From Bacteroidota bacterium (lineage in GTDB: Bacteria; Bacteroidota; Bacteroidia; UKL13-3): DNA of 64,000 nt. Below, one piece after another: positions 19,343-29,600 of this stretch. The DNA lies in NCBI GenBank assembly GCA_947492885.1, contig CANLPK010000002.1:9111-73110 (forward strand), written 5' to 3'. A program made the position numbers and the translations under genes. Below the pieces are notes generated by a model. It ran no database searches, had not been told where the DNA came from, and was given only the letters and a program-made list of their open reading frames with translations. Position 1 is the stretch's first letter. Every line of letters begins with the position of its first letter.

Positions 19343-21280
19343 ATGAATTTGAAAAATTTATTACGAAAGAAAAGTGTTGCACAGGTAATGCAAAATGCCG
19401 CCAATGAGCAGGAGCATAATCTTAGCAAGCATTTAACTGCGATCGACCTCACCGCCTTGGGTATTGCGGCCATCATCGGTGCCGGAATTTTTACCACCAT
19501 CGGCAAAGCCTCTGCCGACGGAGGTCCTGGCGTGGTATTCCTTTTTATTTTCACCGCCATCGCCTGTAGCTTCGCCGCCTTCGCCTATGCCGAATTCGCC
19601 AGCCTTGTGCCCGTTTCAGGAAGTGCTTATACTTATAGCTATGTTGCCTTTGGTGAGCTCGTGGCCTGGATCATCGGCTGGGCACTCATCATGGAATATG
19701 CCATTGGCAATGTTACAGTAGCTATCGGCTGGAGCGAATATTTTACCTCCCTCTTATCTCAAATAAATATTAATGCATTGAATATCCATGGCATTCATTT
19801 GCCTACCTGGATGACCCAAGATATTTTAACTGCTCATAATGGTTATAAGGAAGCTACTGCGCTGATGCAAAGTGGGAAGTCGTTTGAGAACCTGGGAGCA
19901 GGATTGCAAAAAGCATATACTGCTTATACCACCGCGCCTTCCTTCTTAGGAATGCACCTGGTAATGAATGTGCCCGCACTGTTTATTGTTATTGCTATCA
20001 CCATGCTCGTGTATCGCGGAATCAAAGAATCGCGCAACGCAAGCAATATCATGGTAGCCATCAAACTCATCGTGGTGGTACTCGTAATCATTGTTGGAAG
20101 TGGCTACGTAGATGCAGGCAACTGGAATCCATTTATGCCCAATGGGGTAGGAGGGGTACTCAAAGGGGTATCGGCGGTTTTCTTCGCCTATATTGGTTTT
20201 GATGCTATTAGCACCACCGCCGAAGAATGTAAAGATCCACAACGCGATTTACCCAAAGGAATGATGTGGGCCATCATCATCTGCACCATTCTATATATCA
20301 TTGTAGCACTCGTACTCACGGGCATGGTGAATTATAATGAACTGGATGTAGCCGATCCACTGGCTCACGTATTTGAGAAATTGAATTTGAAATGGATGGC
20401 TGGAATCGTTGCAGTAAGTGCCGTGGTAGCCATGGCAAGTGTATTGCTGGTTTTTCAAATTGGTCAGCCCCGAATATGGATGAGCATGAGCCGCGATGGA
20501 TTGCTGCCAAAACGTTTTGCTAAGGTGCATCCGAAATTTAAAACGCCTTCTTTCTCAACCATCATCACAGGGCTAATCGTTGGTGCTGGCACCTTGTTTT
20601 TAAATATTGATATGGTTACCGACCTCTGCTCCATCGGTACATTATTCGCATTTGTACTGGTATGTGCAGGAGTGCTCAAACTCAATATGAATCCAAATCG
20701 ACCACCGAGCCGTTTCAAAACGCCGTATATTAATTCGAAATATATTTTTACGTTTTTCTTGCTATTGGGTGGGGCCTTATCCTACCAGTATAACAAAGAA
20801 GGAATGATGAATTTTATTTTCAATGAACCGAAAATAAAAGAGACTTCGAATTTAATTACAAGCTTAAAAGCGGATGAAATAAATAAGGTGAAGGAAAGTT
20901 TGCAAGCCTCAGACTCCCTGGCGTTTGCTCAGCAAAATAACGATGCAGAAGCGTATCTGTCATCGCTCAACGATTCAATCTATGGTGCAAGGGTAGCAGC
21001 ATTGCCCATTGCCGATGCGAAGAAATATGATTCGGGGTGGGGCGTATTCAAACACAAAATCCCAACCTGGATTTTCTTGTTCACTGTGATAGCACTGGCG
21101 GTTTTTGCATTTCGCCACAATGCGTCACTCATCCCAATGCTAGGACTTACCAGCTGCTTGTATATGATGAGCGAACTGGGTTATAAAAACTGGATGTATT
21201 TTTTCATCTGGCTGGCCGTAGGACTCCTCATTTACTTCGGATTTTCCTACAAGCACAGCAAGTTGAATAAGAATTTCTAA
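19343..21280 (+). CDS. APC-superfamily amino-acid permease (cationic amino-acid transporter-like, 14-TM type with an extended C-terminal region)
   Basis: Start placed at MNLKNLLRK (19343). The supplied ORF begins 23 codons earlier. Glycine-rich TM1 (GAGIFTTIG), many transmembrane helices, and a C-terminal hydrophilic insert followed by 2 further TMs. Confidence 0.75.
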   Translation: MNLKNLLRKKSVAQVMQNAANEQEHNLSKHLTAIDLTALGIAAIIGAGIFTTIGKASADGGPGVVFLFIFTAIACSFAAFAYAEFASLVPVSGSAYTYSYVAFGELVAWIIGWALIMEYAIGNVTVAIGWSEYFTSLLSQININALNIHGIHLPTWMTQDILTAHNGYKEATALMQSGKSFENLGAGLQKAYTAYTTAPSFLGMHLVMNVPALFIVIAITMLVYRGIKESRNASNIMVAIKLIVVVLVIIVGSGYVDAGNWNPFMPNGVGGVLKGVSAVFFAYIGFDAISTTAEECKDPQRDLPKGMMWAIIICTILYIIVALVLTGMVNYNELDVADPLAHVFEKLNLKWMAGIVAVSAVVAMASVLLVFQIGQPRIWMSMSRDGLLPKRFAKVHPKFKTPSFSTIITGLIVGAGTLFLNIDMVTDLCSIGTLFAFVLVCAGVLKLNMNPNRPPSRFKTPYINSKYIFTFFLLLGGALSYQYNKEGMMNFIFNEPKIKETSNLITSLKADEINKVKESLQASDSLAFAQQNNDAEAYLSSLNDSIYGARVAALPIADAKKYDSGWGVFKHKIPTWIFLFTVIALAVFAFRHNASLIPMLGLTSCLYMMSELGYKNWMYFFIWLAVGLLIYFGFSYKHSKLNKNF

Positions 21281-21282
21281 GA

Positions 21283-21741
21283 TTATTGCTTCTCTAAAGT
21301 ATAGATGGCAGTGTTCTCAGGGGTAAGGGCTCTTGAAATTTTAATTTCTTTGGCCTCTAAACTTTCGATGGTGAAGGCATCAATTGGTGAATTGGCATTC
21401 ATATTAGGAACCAGGAATAACATCTTGTTATCGCTGCTTACCTTCCACACACCATTGTATTTTCTACCTGCACGATTGATATTAAAGCTATCCGCTTCAA
21501 ATTCGTAGGTTTCTTTTTTAGAGTTATCAGTAAATTTCTTGATATTGTCTTCCAACATCGCTTTGGCTTGTTCCATTAAGCTGTCAGGGGTATCCATCAA
21601 TTCTTTTTTACGTAACTCATCCAAATTGGTGATGGTACACTCAGTAACATTCCAGTTTCCAACCAGTCTTTCTGATTTTGATTTACATGAAGCAGCCAAT
21701 AATGCAATTGCAACGGTGCCTACTAACAATAATTTTTTCAT
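21283..21741 (-). CDS. Hypothetical lipoprotein
   Basis: Start at MKKLLLVGTVAIALLAASC, the internal M of the 161-aa ORF. Confidence 0.5.
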   Translation of the reverse strand: MKKLLLVGTVAIALLAASCKSKSERLVGNWNVTECTITNLDELRKKELMDTPDSLMEQAKAMLEDNIKKFTDNSKKETYEFEADSFNINRAGRKYNGVWKVSSDNKMLFLVPNMNANSPIDAFTIESLEAKEIKISRALTPENTAIYTLEKQ

Positions 21742-21797
21742 TTTAGGGGGTGATTTAAAAAGGTGCAAATGTAATACTCCTTATCCAACTGTGAGCA

Positions 21798-23444
21798 TTA
21801 GTTTTTGGTAAGTACGGTTTTATACCGTTTAATATTCCCACAACCGTCGGTGACAGTGAGTTCGAAGTCGTTGTTGCCACTCAAATCTACATCATTGAGG
21901 TTACAGGTAATGAGGTTGTATTTAAGGTCATAACTAAACAAGATATACTTACCATTGGCAGTGGCTTTGAAGCTTTTTACCCCAGTTTGGGTATCATAAA
22001 TGCGAAACTTCAGTGTGGTATTGGCACTGATGTTTTTTGAATAGGGAATATTGATTGGAGTAATGATGGGCGCATTGGTATCAACATCAATAACAAAAAC
22101 ACCACAGGTTTTTGTTCGGGCTACCATATAGCCATCTGTAAATTTCCCGCCTACACTGCCCATCGTAAGCGATTTTACATAGAGTTTTTCGGTTCCCGAC
22201 TTAGGAATGGTTATTGGAAGTATTTTGAGCTCTATCTCTTTTTGCAAGGGGATGGTACGCGCTCCTACAACATATTTGTACGAGTAATTTCTATAAGTAG
22301 TATCAGCATAAAAGCTAAACATACAGGTATCATAAATGGCACCTGCGGGGATGGTGAGCGTAGCTTTACGAGCCGTTAGATTGTTTATTTGAAGTGGCAA
22401 AGCATTGTATTTAGGCAGCGCTTTCTTCACCGCCACCGTGCCCCTCAAGGCAAAGGCTACCTGCATCTGGTTGCCCGCATGATCCTTGGTCACCAGTCGA
22501 ATTTGTATTGTTTGCCCCGGCTTGATATTGATGATTCCCTGATTGAGTAAACGCGGATAGATTTCTGTCAGGTCGCCATCATCATGAAAACATTTTTCAA
22601 TATTGATACTTTTTGTTTGCAAAACTTCATAGTCGAGATGCGCATTGATACATCTCCAATGATCGAAAGAAAAGGTATCCATTCGCTTTTCAAAAATCAA
22701 GGTATCGTTTTTGAAAAGCTGTGTATTATACAAGCCTGCATTGAACTGGTAATCGCTGTAATAATCAATACCACTCATTCCAATGCCAACACGACCGGGA
22801 GTTACAGGGATTGTTTTTCCATTCGGAATGGGTATCGTTTGAACATATTTCGATTGATAACCTTGCAATGAAAAGATGGCAACAGAAAAAATTCGAGGGG
22901 TATAAATATCTTTAATCTCGAAGCCTACATTTTCGGGGTTAATTACAAATTCAGTTTTCGTATCCCTAATTTCAAAATGTAAATGTGGCCCGGAGCTTCC
23001 TCCTGTATTGCCACTAAATGCTACCACATCGCCCTTCTTCACAGGTATCGCTGCAGGAAGAAGTATGGTGTCGAGTTCAAAATCTTCATGAGCCGTTTGG
23101 CATGCAGAGGCAAAATTTTTAATGATATCGTTATAGGCCGACAAGTGCGCGTATACACTCGTTAATCCATTCGGATGCGTGATGTACAATGCGTTTCCAT
23201 AACCTTTCTTGCTTGTTAAAATGCGCGAAACAAAACCATCCTCAACAGCATATACCTTCCATCCTTCTTCACCATCGGTGCGAATATCAATCCCGCTATG
23301 AAAATGATTGGCACGCAGTTCCCCGAAGTTGGCAGCAATTTTTATCTCCCCATCAATGGGCGAACGAAAATTAAATTGCGCATGGATTGATCCTATGAAA
23401 ATGAAGGTAAAATAGAACAAAAGGGTGCGCATCATAGGTATCAA
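21798..23444 (-). CDS. Secreted M23-family (LytM/lysostaphin-type) metallopeptidase with a long C-terminal beta-rich domain
   Basis: 548 aa. Signal peptide. HFHSGIDIRT (HxxxD) and GNTGGSSGPHLHFEIR (HxH) M23 motifs. Confidence 0.85.
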   Translation of the reverse strand: MIPMMRTLLFYFTFIFIGSIHAQFNFRSPIDGEIKIAANFGELRANHFHSGIDIRTDGEEGWKVYAVEDGFVSRILTSKKGYGNALYITHPNGLTSVYAHLSAYNDIIKNFASACQTAHEDFELDTILLPAAIPVKKGDVVAFSGNTGGSSGPHLHFEIRDTKTEFVINPENVGFEIKDIYTPRIFSVAIFSLQGYQSKYVQTIPIPNGKTIPVTPGRVGIGMSGIDYYSDYQFNAGLYNTQLFKNDTLIFEKRMDTFSFDHWRCINAHLDYEVLQTKSINIEKCFHDDGDLTEIYPRLLNQGIINIKPGQTIQIRLVTKDHAGNQMQVAFALRGTVAVKKALPKYNALPLQINNLTARKATLTIPAGAIYDTCMFSFYADTTYRNYSYKYVVGARTIPLQKEIELKILPITIPKSGTEKLYVKSLTMGSVGGKFTDGYMVARTKTCGVFVIDVDTNAPIITPINIPYSKNISANTTLKFRIYDTQTGVKSFKATANGKYILFSYDLKYNLITCNLNDVDLSGNNDFELTVTDGCGNIKRYKTVLTKN

Positions 23445-23562
23445 ATATCTTCATAACCTCGTTAATAAATTCACGGAGTAATTCACAATTATGATATTAC
23501 AGATTGTATATTCCATGATTCCCTACATTGGCATATTGGAAATTTGATTCATGAAGTTAAAT

Positions 23563-23596
23563 AAAAAAAAGGCATCGATTTACGGTGCCTTTTTTT
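23563..23596. terminator. Bidirectional rho-independent terminator between the giant T9SS gene (3' end) and the M23 peptidase gene (5' end)
   Basis: AAAAAAAA-GGCATCG-ATTTA-CGGTGCC-TTTTTTT. A 7-bp stem including one G-U pair, flanked by an A-run and a T-run. Confidence 0.6.
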
Positions 23597-23630
23597 ATAA
23601 ATACAATACAACTTGGTGCTCTAAGCCAAG

Positions 23631-26600
23631 TTATTCTTTGATGATTTTCATGGCGCTATTTATAGTGCTTGAGTTCATAAGTTTTATAAGATATATTCCT
23701 TTAGCGAAGGAGCTTGTATTAATTTGAATTTGGTTAATACCCGCCCGTCCAGCTACTTCTTCTCTATAAATTACATTTCCAATACAATCACTTATTTCAA
23801 TGGTTACTTTTTCTGCAGCTTTAAGGGTGAAGCTTAAACTCATAAATTGATTAATTGGATTCGGACTTACTTTGTATTGACTTAAACTGGTGCTTGAATT
23901 GAATTGTGTATGTTCAATTTTACTATAGCTGTATTTGCCATTGAAGTCAAATTGTTTTAATCGGTAAAAAACAATATTACTAGCTTGTTCAGCGCTATTC
24001 AAATCAATGAAAGTGTAAGACTTATTAGAAGTAGAATTGCCCTGTCCTTTTTGACTTCCAATAACAAAAAAGTTGATTCCATCAATACTTCTTTCAATAT
24101 CAAAGCGTTCGTTGTTTATTTCGGTGGCAGTATTCCAATCGAGAATTCCGCTGGAGCCGTCGTTGCTTACCACAAATTTTGTAAGTTTTACAGGCAATGG
24201 ATTGAAACCCACAGAGCCGAAGGTAAATGGGCTATAGCTGCTTACAGATGTTGCAGTTAAGGTTATATTAGGAGAGGTTCCACTAACACTTGTTCCGCTA
24301 CTAGGAGCTACTTCCCACTGCGAACCATCCCAGTGTGCCAATCTTAAATCGTTTAATGAGGCGCTATTCCCTGTGAAGTAATTGGCATTGGTAGAAGTTA
24401 TGCAACCGCTATGGCTATTTCCATAGATGGTAACATCTACAGTTGATGTTCCAGTGGTTCGGTCGAGTTGCCAATATTCGCATTTTGAAACAATAGTTAA
24501 AGGCATAGATTTCGCGCTACCTACTGCACTGGTTGCATCTGCGCGCATATACTCAGCAGTAAATGCATCAGTCGCACTTGAAGGGGCCGAGATTTCAATT
24601 GCTTGATATCCTGTACCCGATTTTCCGACAGGGAATACAAAACCAGTATTGCCTATTTTCTTAATTGGGCCATTAACAAAACTATTGTCGGATGCTCCAC
24701 TAACCACTGCGCTCGCTCCTAAAGTTAATAAGTTGCTCGACGAAGTAGTAATTAAACCTGTCGTTAAAACTAAGGAGTTGTTTACCGTTACAGGATTACT
24801 TAAGGTAACGCCGCTCGTATTATCTATATTTAAAACATTAATCGAATTATTAGTTAACGATCCGCTCGGTACGGTTTGAATGGCACTTCCCGAAAATACA
24901 ATACCTGAGGTGGCGGCAGTGGCATCAATCTGTGCACCATTTGAAAAGTTAATACTGCCAGTGATGGTTAGATTATATCCATTCAAATCTAATTTTTTAC
25001 TCGACTGTGCATTCGTAACAATATTGAGTGATCGGTTTAGGTCTAATACACAATGATTGCTCGGACTTGATGCAAACACAATACTAGCCCCTGTTGCAGG
25101 CACAATATTGTCGAGCCAATTCGAAGCCGTGCCAAAGTCACTGCTCGTTGTTCCATACCAAATTCCTGCAAGGTTTTCAACCGAACCCATTTTGGGTGTG
25201 GCCCCTCTAGCCATGCCATAATAGTCAATGGAGATACCCAATCCAGTCACGCCATTGATGGAACCTCCAGTATAGTAATTGCCGGGAGCGCATCCAGTAA
25301 CATTAGCGAAAAGTGGGTCGGTATTAATACTGTTTACATCTTGAGATGTTGCAGTGCGCCAAAGAGCGATTGTAGACTTGTCAGCACTTACACAATAGCC
25401 TAATACACCTCCAGTTCCATTTACATAGTAATCGTTATAGTTAATGCTTAAACTTGTAAGGTCGCCTATATAAATTGCATAATGAGAGCCGGTGCCGCCA
25501 CTATTCGATCGGCCATTGTAAAACAAGTTATTTTTTATATTCATCGTATTGGTCCAACTCGAATTTCTATAAAATGCATAGGATGAAACTGACCCGCTGG
25601 TGCCCGTGCCTAAGATGACCACGGTATTGAAATAAACATTAGCTAAATAATAGGTATAAATGCCTCGAATATTTACATTGGCAGCGATGTCATTACCCAA
25701 AACAATAATATTATTATTGATGGGAATGGTTGTATAATAGGAAGATGCGGAGATCCCATAAATGGTTGTGGAAGCCGATAAGGTATGAATCAAGTTATTG
25801 ATAATATTTATGCCTGAATAGCTATCGTTTGAGCCCATAGAGAGACCATAGCAGGTAGCTCCAGTGGTAGTGAAATTACGAAGCACGTTACCTATGGCAT
25901 TATAAGAATATCCAGACCCAACGCCGTAGATTACTCCACTGGTGATATTTATTTGCTGTATAATATTATTTGAAACTACAGGCACAGGAGCGGTATTGGA
26001 GGTTGATAAATAAATCAATGAAAAATTACTACTCGTGCTGGTAAGGCTAGTGGCTTGAATATTGTTTGTTACCGATGAACCAAAGGTATTATCTGCGATG
26101 CTGTCTAATTTGCAGATGTAGTTTGTGCTATTATACTCACTCCTCACAAAGGCAAAATCAGAATATGCAGAGTTTATGGTAATGCCTCCTACTCTATTGT
26201 TCTTAAGTTTTGGTACTTGTGTGCCAAATGTCGAAGAGCTAGTGGGGCCATAGAATTCAAATATTTTATATTCAGAATACGTGGTGTTGTTTAGCACGAT
26301 ACTTCCAGTAGCAGTCATCGACCCTATTAAATTATTTTCTATTGTGAATTTCCCTGAATGAATTCCTACCGCGAAAAATCGAGCACCATCAGAGTAGTCC
26401 GACGTAGCCGTTATATTGCTGGATGAAAAATCAATATTCTGTATGGTATTGTTAGAGATACTATTGGTATAACTACTATTGGTACCCCCATAAGTGGCAT
26501 GGCCATCTACAAATACGAATCCCATTAAGAAAGGCGTTCCACTGGCTTTCATGGCACTACCTGCACATAGCGGTTCACTTCCTCCGAAATAGTTTCCAGT

Positions 26601-29600
26601 AATGGTATAATTATATCCATGGTAAATATAAATACCATGAATTCTACCTAAATTATAAACCTGTTCATTAGCAAAATAGAAGCTATTATTCGTAATGGTC
26701 CAGTTATTATTATCTACAGCTAGATTATTGTATCCCAGATTAATGGCAGCGCTCATATAAGTAGATGCATCATTACCTCCATCGCCAAACCAGTTATACA
26801 AATTGCAATGGTCAACCGTAATATTACTATTAACCCCATTGCCGTACCCCGCCTTGATACAATTCCCTGGCTTATTACTACCCGCTGGGCCGATATTACA
26901 ATAAGTAATTTGAATATTTGTATTAGAACTCCCGGTAAATGCAATGACTCCATTTTGAATATAAGCTCCTGATGTGTGCCCAGGAGAACCCAATACGGTG
27001 CAATTGGTTATTATATCATAAGTTGCACCCGCAGTGAAAAGAATTGTGGCTGCGGCTACCCCAGTGTTGATGTTTTTAATTGTTAGGCTGCTTCCTCCAC
27101 TATTCAATCCATCGAAGGTAATGAAATCGGCATTGTTCATGTTTATCATGGCCGAAGCATAATCACCACTAATGGTTACGCCTATCCCAGATGCTGGATG
27201 GAACGTGATTCTATTTGAACTACTCGCCCCTGTAATGGCCCCAAAGGTTAATGGAAATACTTCTGAAGGATAGGTGGTATCACCCAATACAAAGGTTACT
27301 CCATTTATACCAACCCCACAGCCATTAAGTGCTGTTATTGCCAAACCAATGGTGGCATAATCTCCTCCACTCGATTGAATATATTTAGTTCCTGTGAGGG
27401 CCGATCCTGCGACGGCCACATAGTTGCCTGGGTTGCCAGTACCAGTACTATTAAAATAATTTTCAAAAGTGGCGAGTCCTGAATATTCAACCACCATAAA
27501 ACGATATGTTGTGCCGTTCGTCAATCCTGTAACATAGCTGCTGATTCCAGTGCCTTTGTATACACAATACCAACCTCCAACACCTCCAACATTAGTACCC
27601 GATCCGTAAGCTGCATTGGCAGTATACGTGGTTCCATCCACTGCTGTTACTGAGCCTGTCGATGCGGCAGTTGCAAATACTGCACAATATGCTCCATCTC
27701 CTCTAGTAAAACTAAATGCTTTACCACCACATAAATTGCTTGTGAAAGTAATAGTGTTAGCAGCAGTTGTAGGCTCGGCTGCCAAGGTATTGGCCGTAAT
27801 TGTTGAGGAATTTACGCTTGCGCCAGTAGCATTATAACTGCGGATACGATAGTAATAAGTACTATTAATGGTTAAACCTGTTATCGAATAATTGGTTACA
27901 TTGCCCACACTTAAATTTTCAAACCCTGTTATATAACTGGTAAATAAGTTGTCAGAAGCTAAATCCAAATAATAGCTTGTGGCTCCTGTACTTGCCGACC
28001 AGTTGGCTTGGAAACTGGTGGTCGTTTTAATGGTCTCTTGAGCGGCAACGGGAGCTGCCAAAATAATATAACTATTTGGGGTAGTTGGTGCGGTGGTGAT
28101 GCTACCTACACCAGTAGCTGCACTCCCCGCCAATGGCCAGCAAAGTATATTGGGAGTGGTGGCCAAATCCTGGGCAATTACAAAATACTGTATAGTACCC
28201 GTAGTTGGACTTCCTAGGTAAATCAAGGTATTGTCGATAGTAAAGGAATACGGTGAACTTGAATTTGTAGCCTCCACCCATTTCCATCCATTGGCAACTG
28301 TTGTATTGGCACCAAAAGAATTGGCATTGGTGCTCTTTTTATAATATAGTCGAGGTTTGGTGGTGGAGGTAGTATTTACGCCCGATACTTGATCCGTAAT
28401 GGTGGCGAAAGACGTTAATGTATAAGTGTTTTGAGGGGCAACTGCCGTAAACGTAGTATAGGTAATATACGGTGTGAAATGATCGTCATCCACCGTTTCT
28501 GCATTGTAATTGCCAGCATAGGCTCCAATATCAGTAGCTCCTACAGTGCTTCTATCTGTATTTAAATAATCGGTGCTTACATTATTAAGCAGTAACCCAT
28601 TGCCTTCTACAGGTGTGGTACCCGAAAGCGTGGATATCGACATATCCATTGTGGAGGTGCTACCCGTAGGATTTACCAATTTTGGATCTGCTATTGCACT
28701 ATGGAAGTCGCTGAGATAGGCTATTAGGGATACTCGAAATAATTGCATGGTGGCATAATTTCTATCCAATTGTCCATGGCCAGATGTGAAATAATAAACA
28801 TTATAATCACTAACTATGGGTTTACTAATATAGTATGTTGGAAAATGGCTTACCAATGCCGATGCGTTGGAACGTACATTCATAATAATATTATTGTTGA
28901 TGGTATCGAAGGCGGAATTGCTTTTGTAAATGCCATAAGTATAAACGGTAGTTGCCGTCGATACCCCACTCCCGCCAATATAAATGGTATTATGTTGAAT
29001 AGAGCTTCTATAAGGTGTTGGTGCATATAAATAAAAGCCATAAATTTCGGCAGTGGTAGTAATGCTATTTCCATCTTTATCAATTCCAAGTCGTATAATA
29101 TTGTTTTTAAAATTGGTATAACCGTAAGCTACATAGATGCCATACTGCACCGCTGTGGAAGAAACCGTATATAAACTATGAATAAAGTTCTTTTCTACGA
29201 GATTCCAACTTGATGAAATGTTGTAATAGATGCCATGTACTTTTACAGCGCCGGTAGCACTGGTATTGCTGAGATTATAAATGTTATTACCGCTTACCGT
29301 GCATGCGGTAGATGGAGAGCCGCTAAAATAAATTCCGTATACACTGCCAGTGCCTGTTTGAGGTTGGGCCGTTGAAATATTAAAGATAGTATTGTTAGAA
29401 ATATTGGCTGTAGTAGCACTCGAAACATAGATGCCATAATTCCTACCATAGGCTCCCGATGTAGAAACTAGCCAGCTATTATACAAGTTGGAAATCGAAT
29501 TTCCAGTTATGATTGCAGTGCCATTATCTACTTCTATTGCACGTATATATTGATTGTCGGCTGTCGCTCCTGTACTTTGACTATTGGTTGTATTAATACT

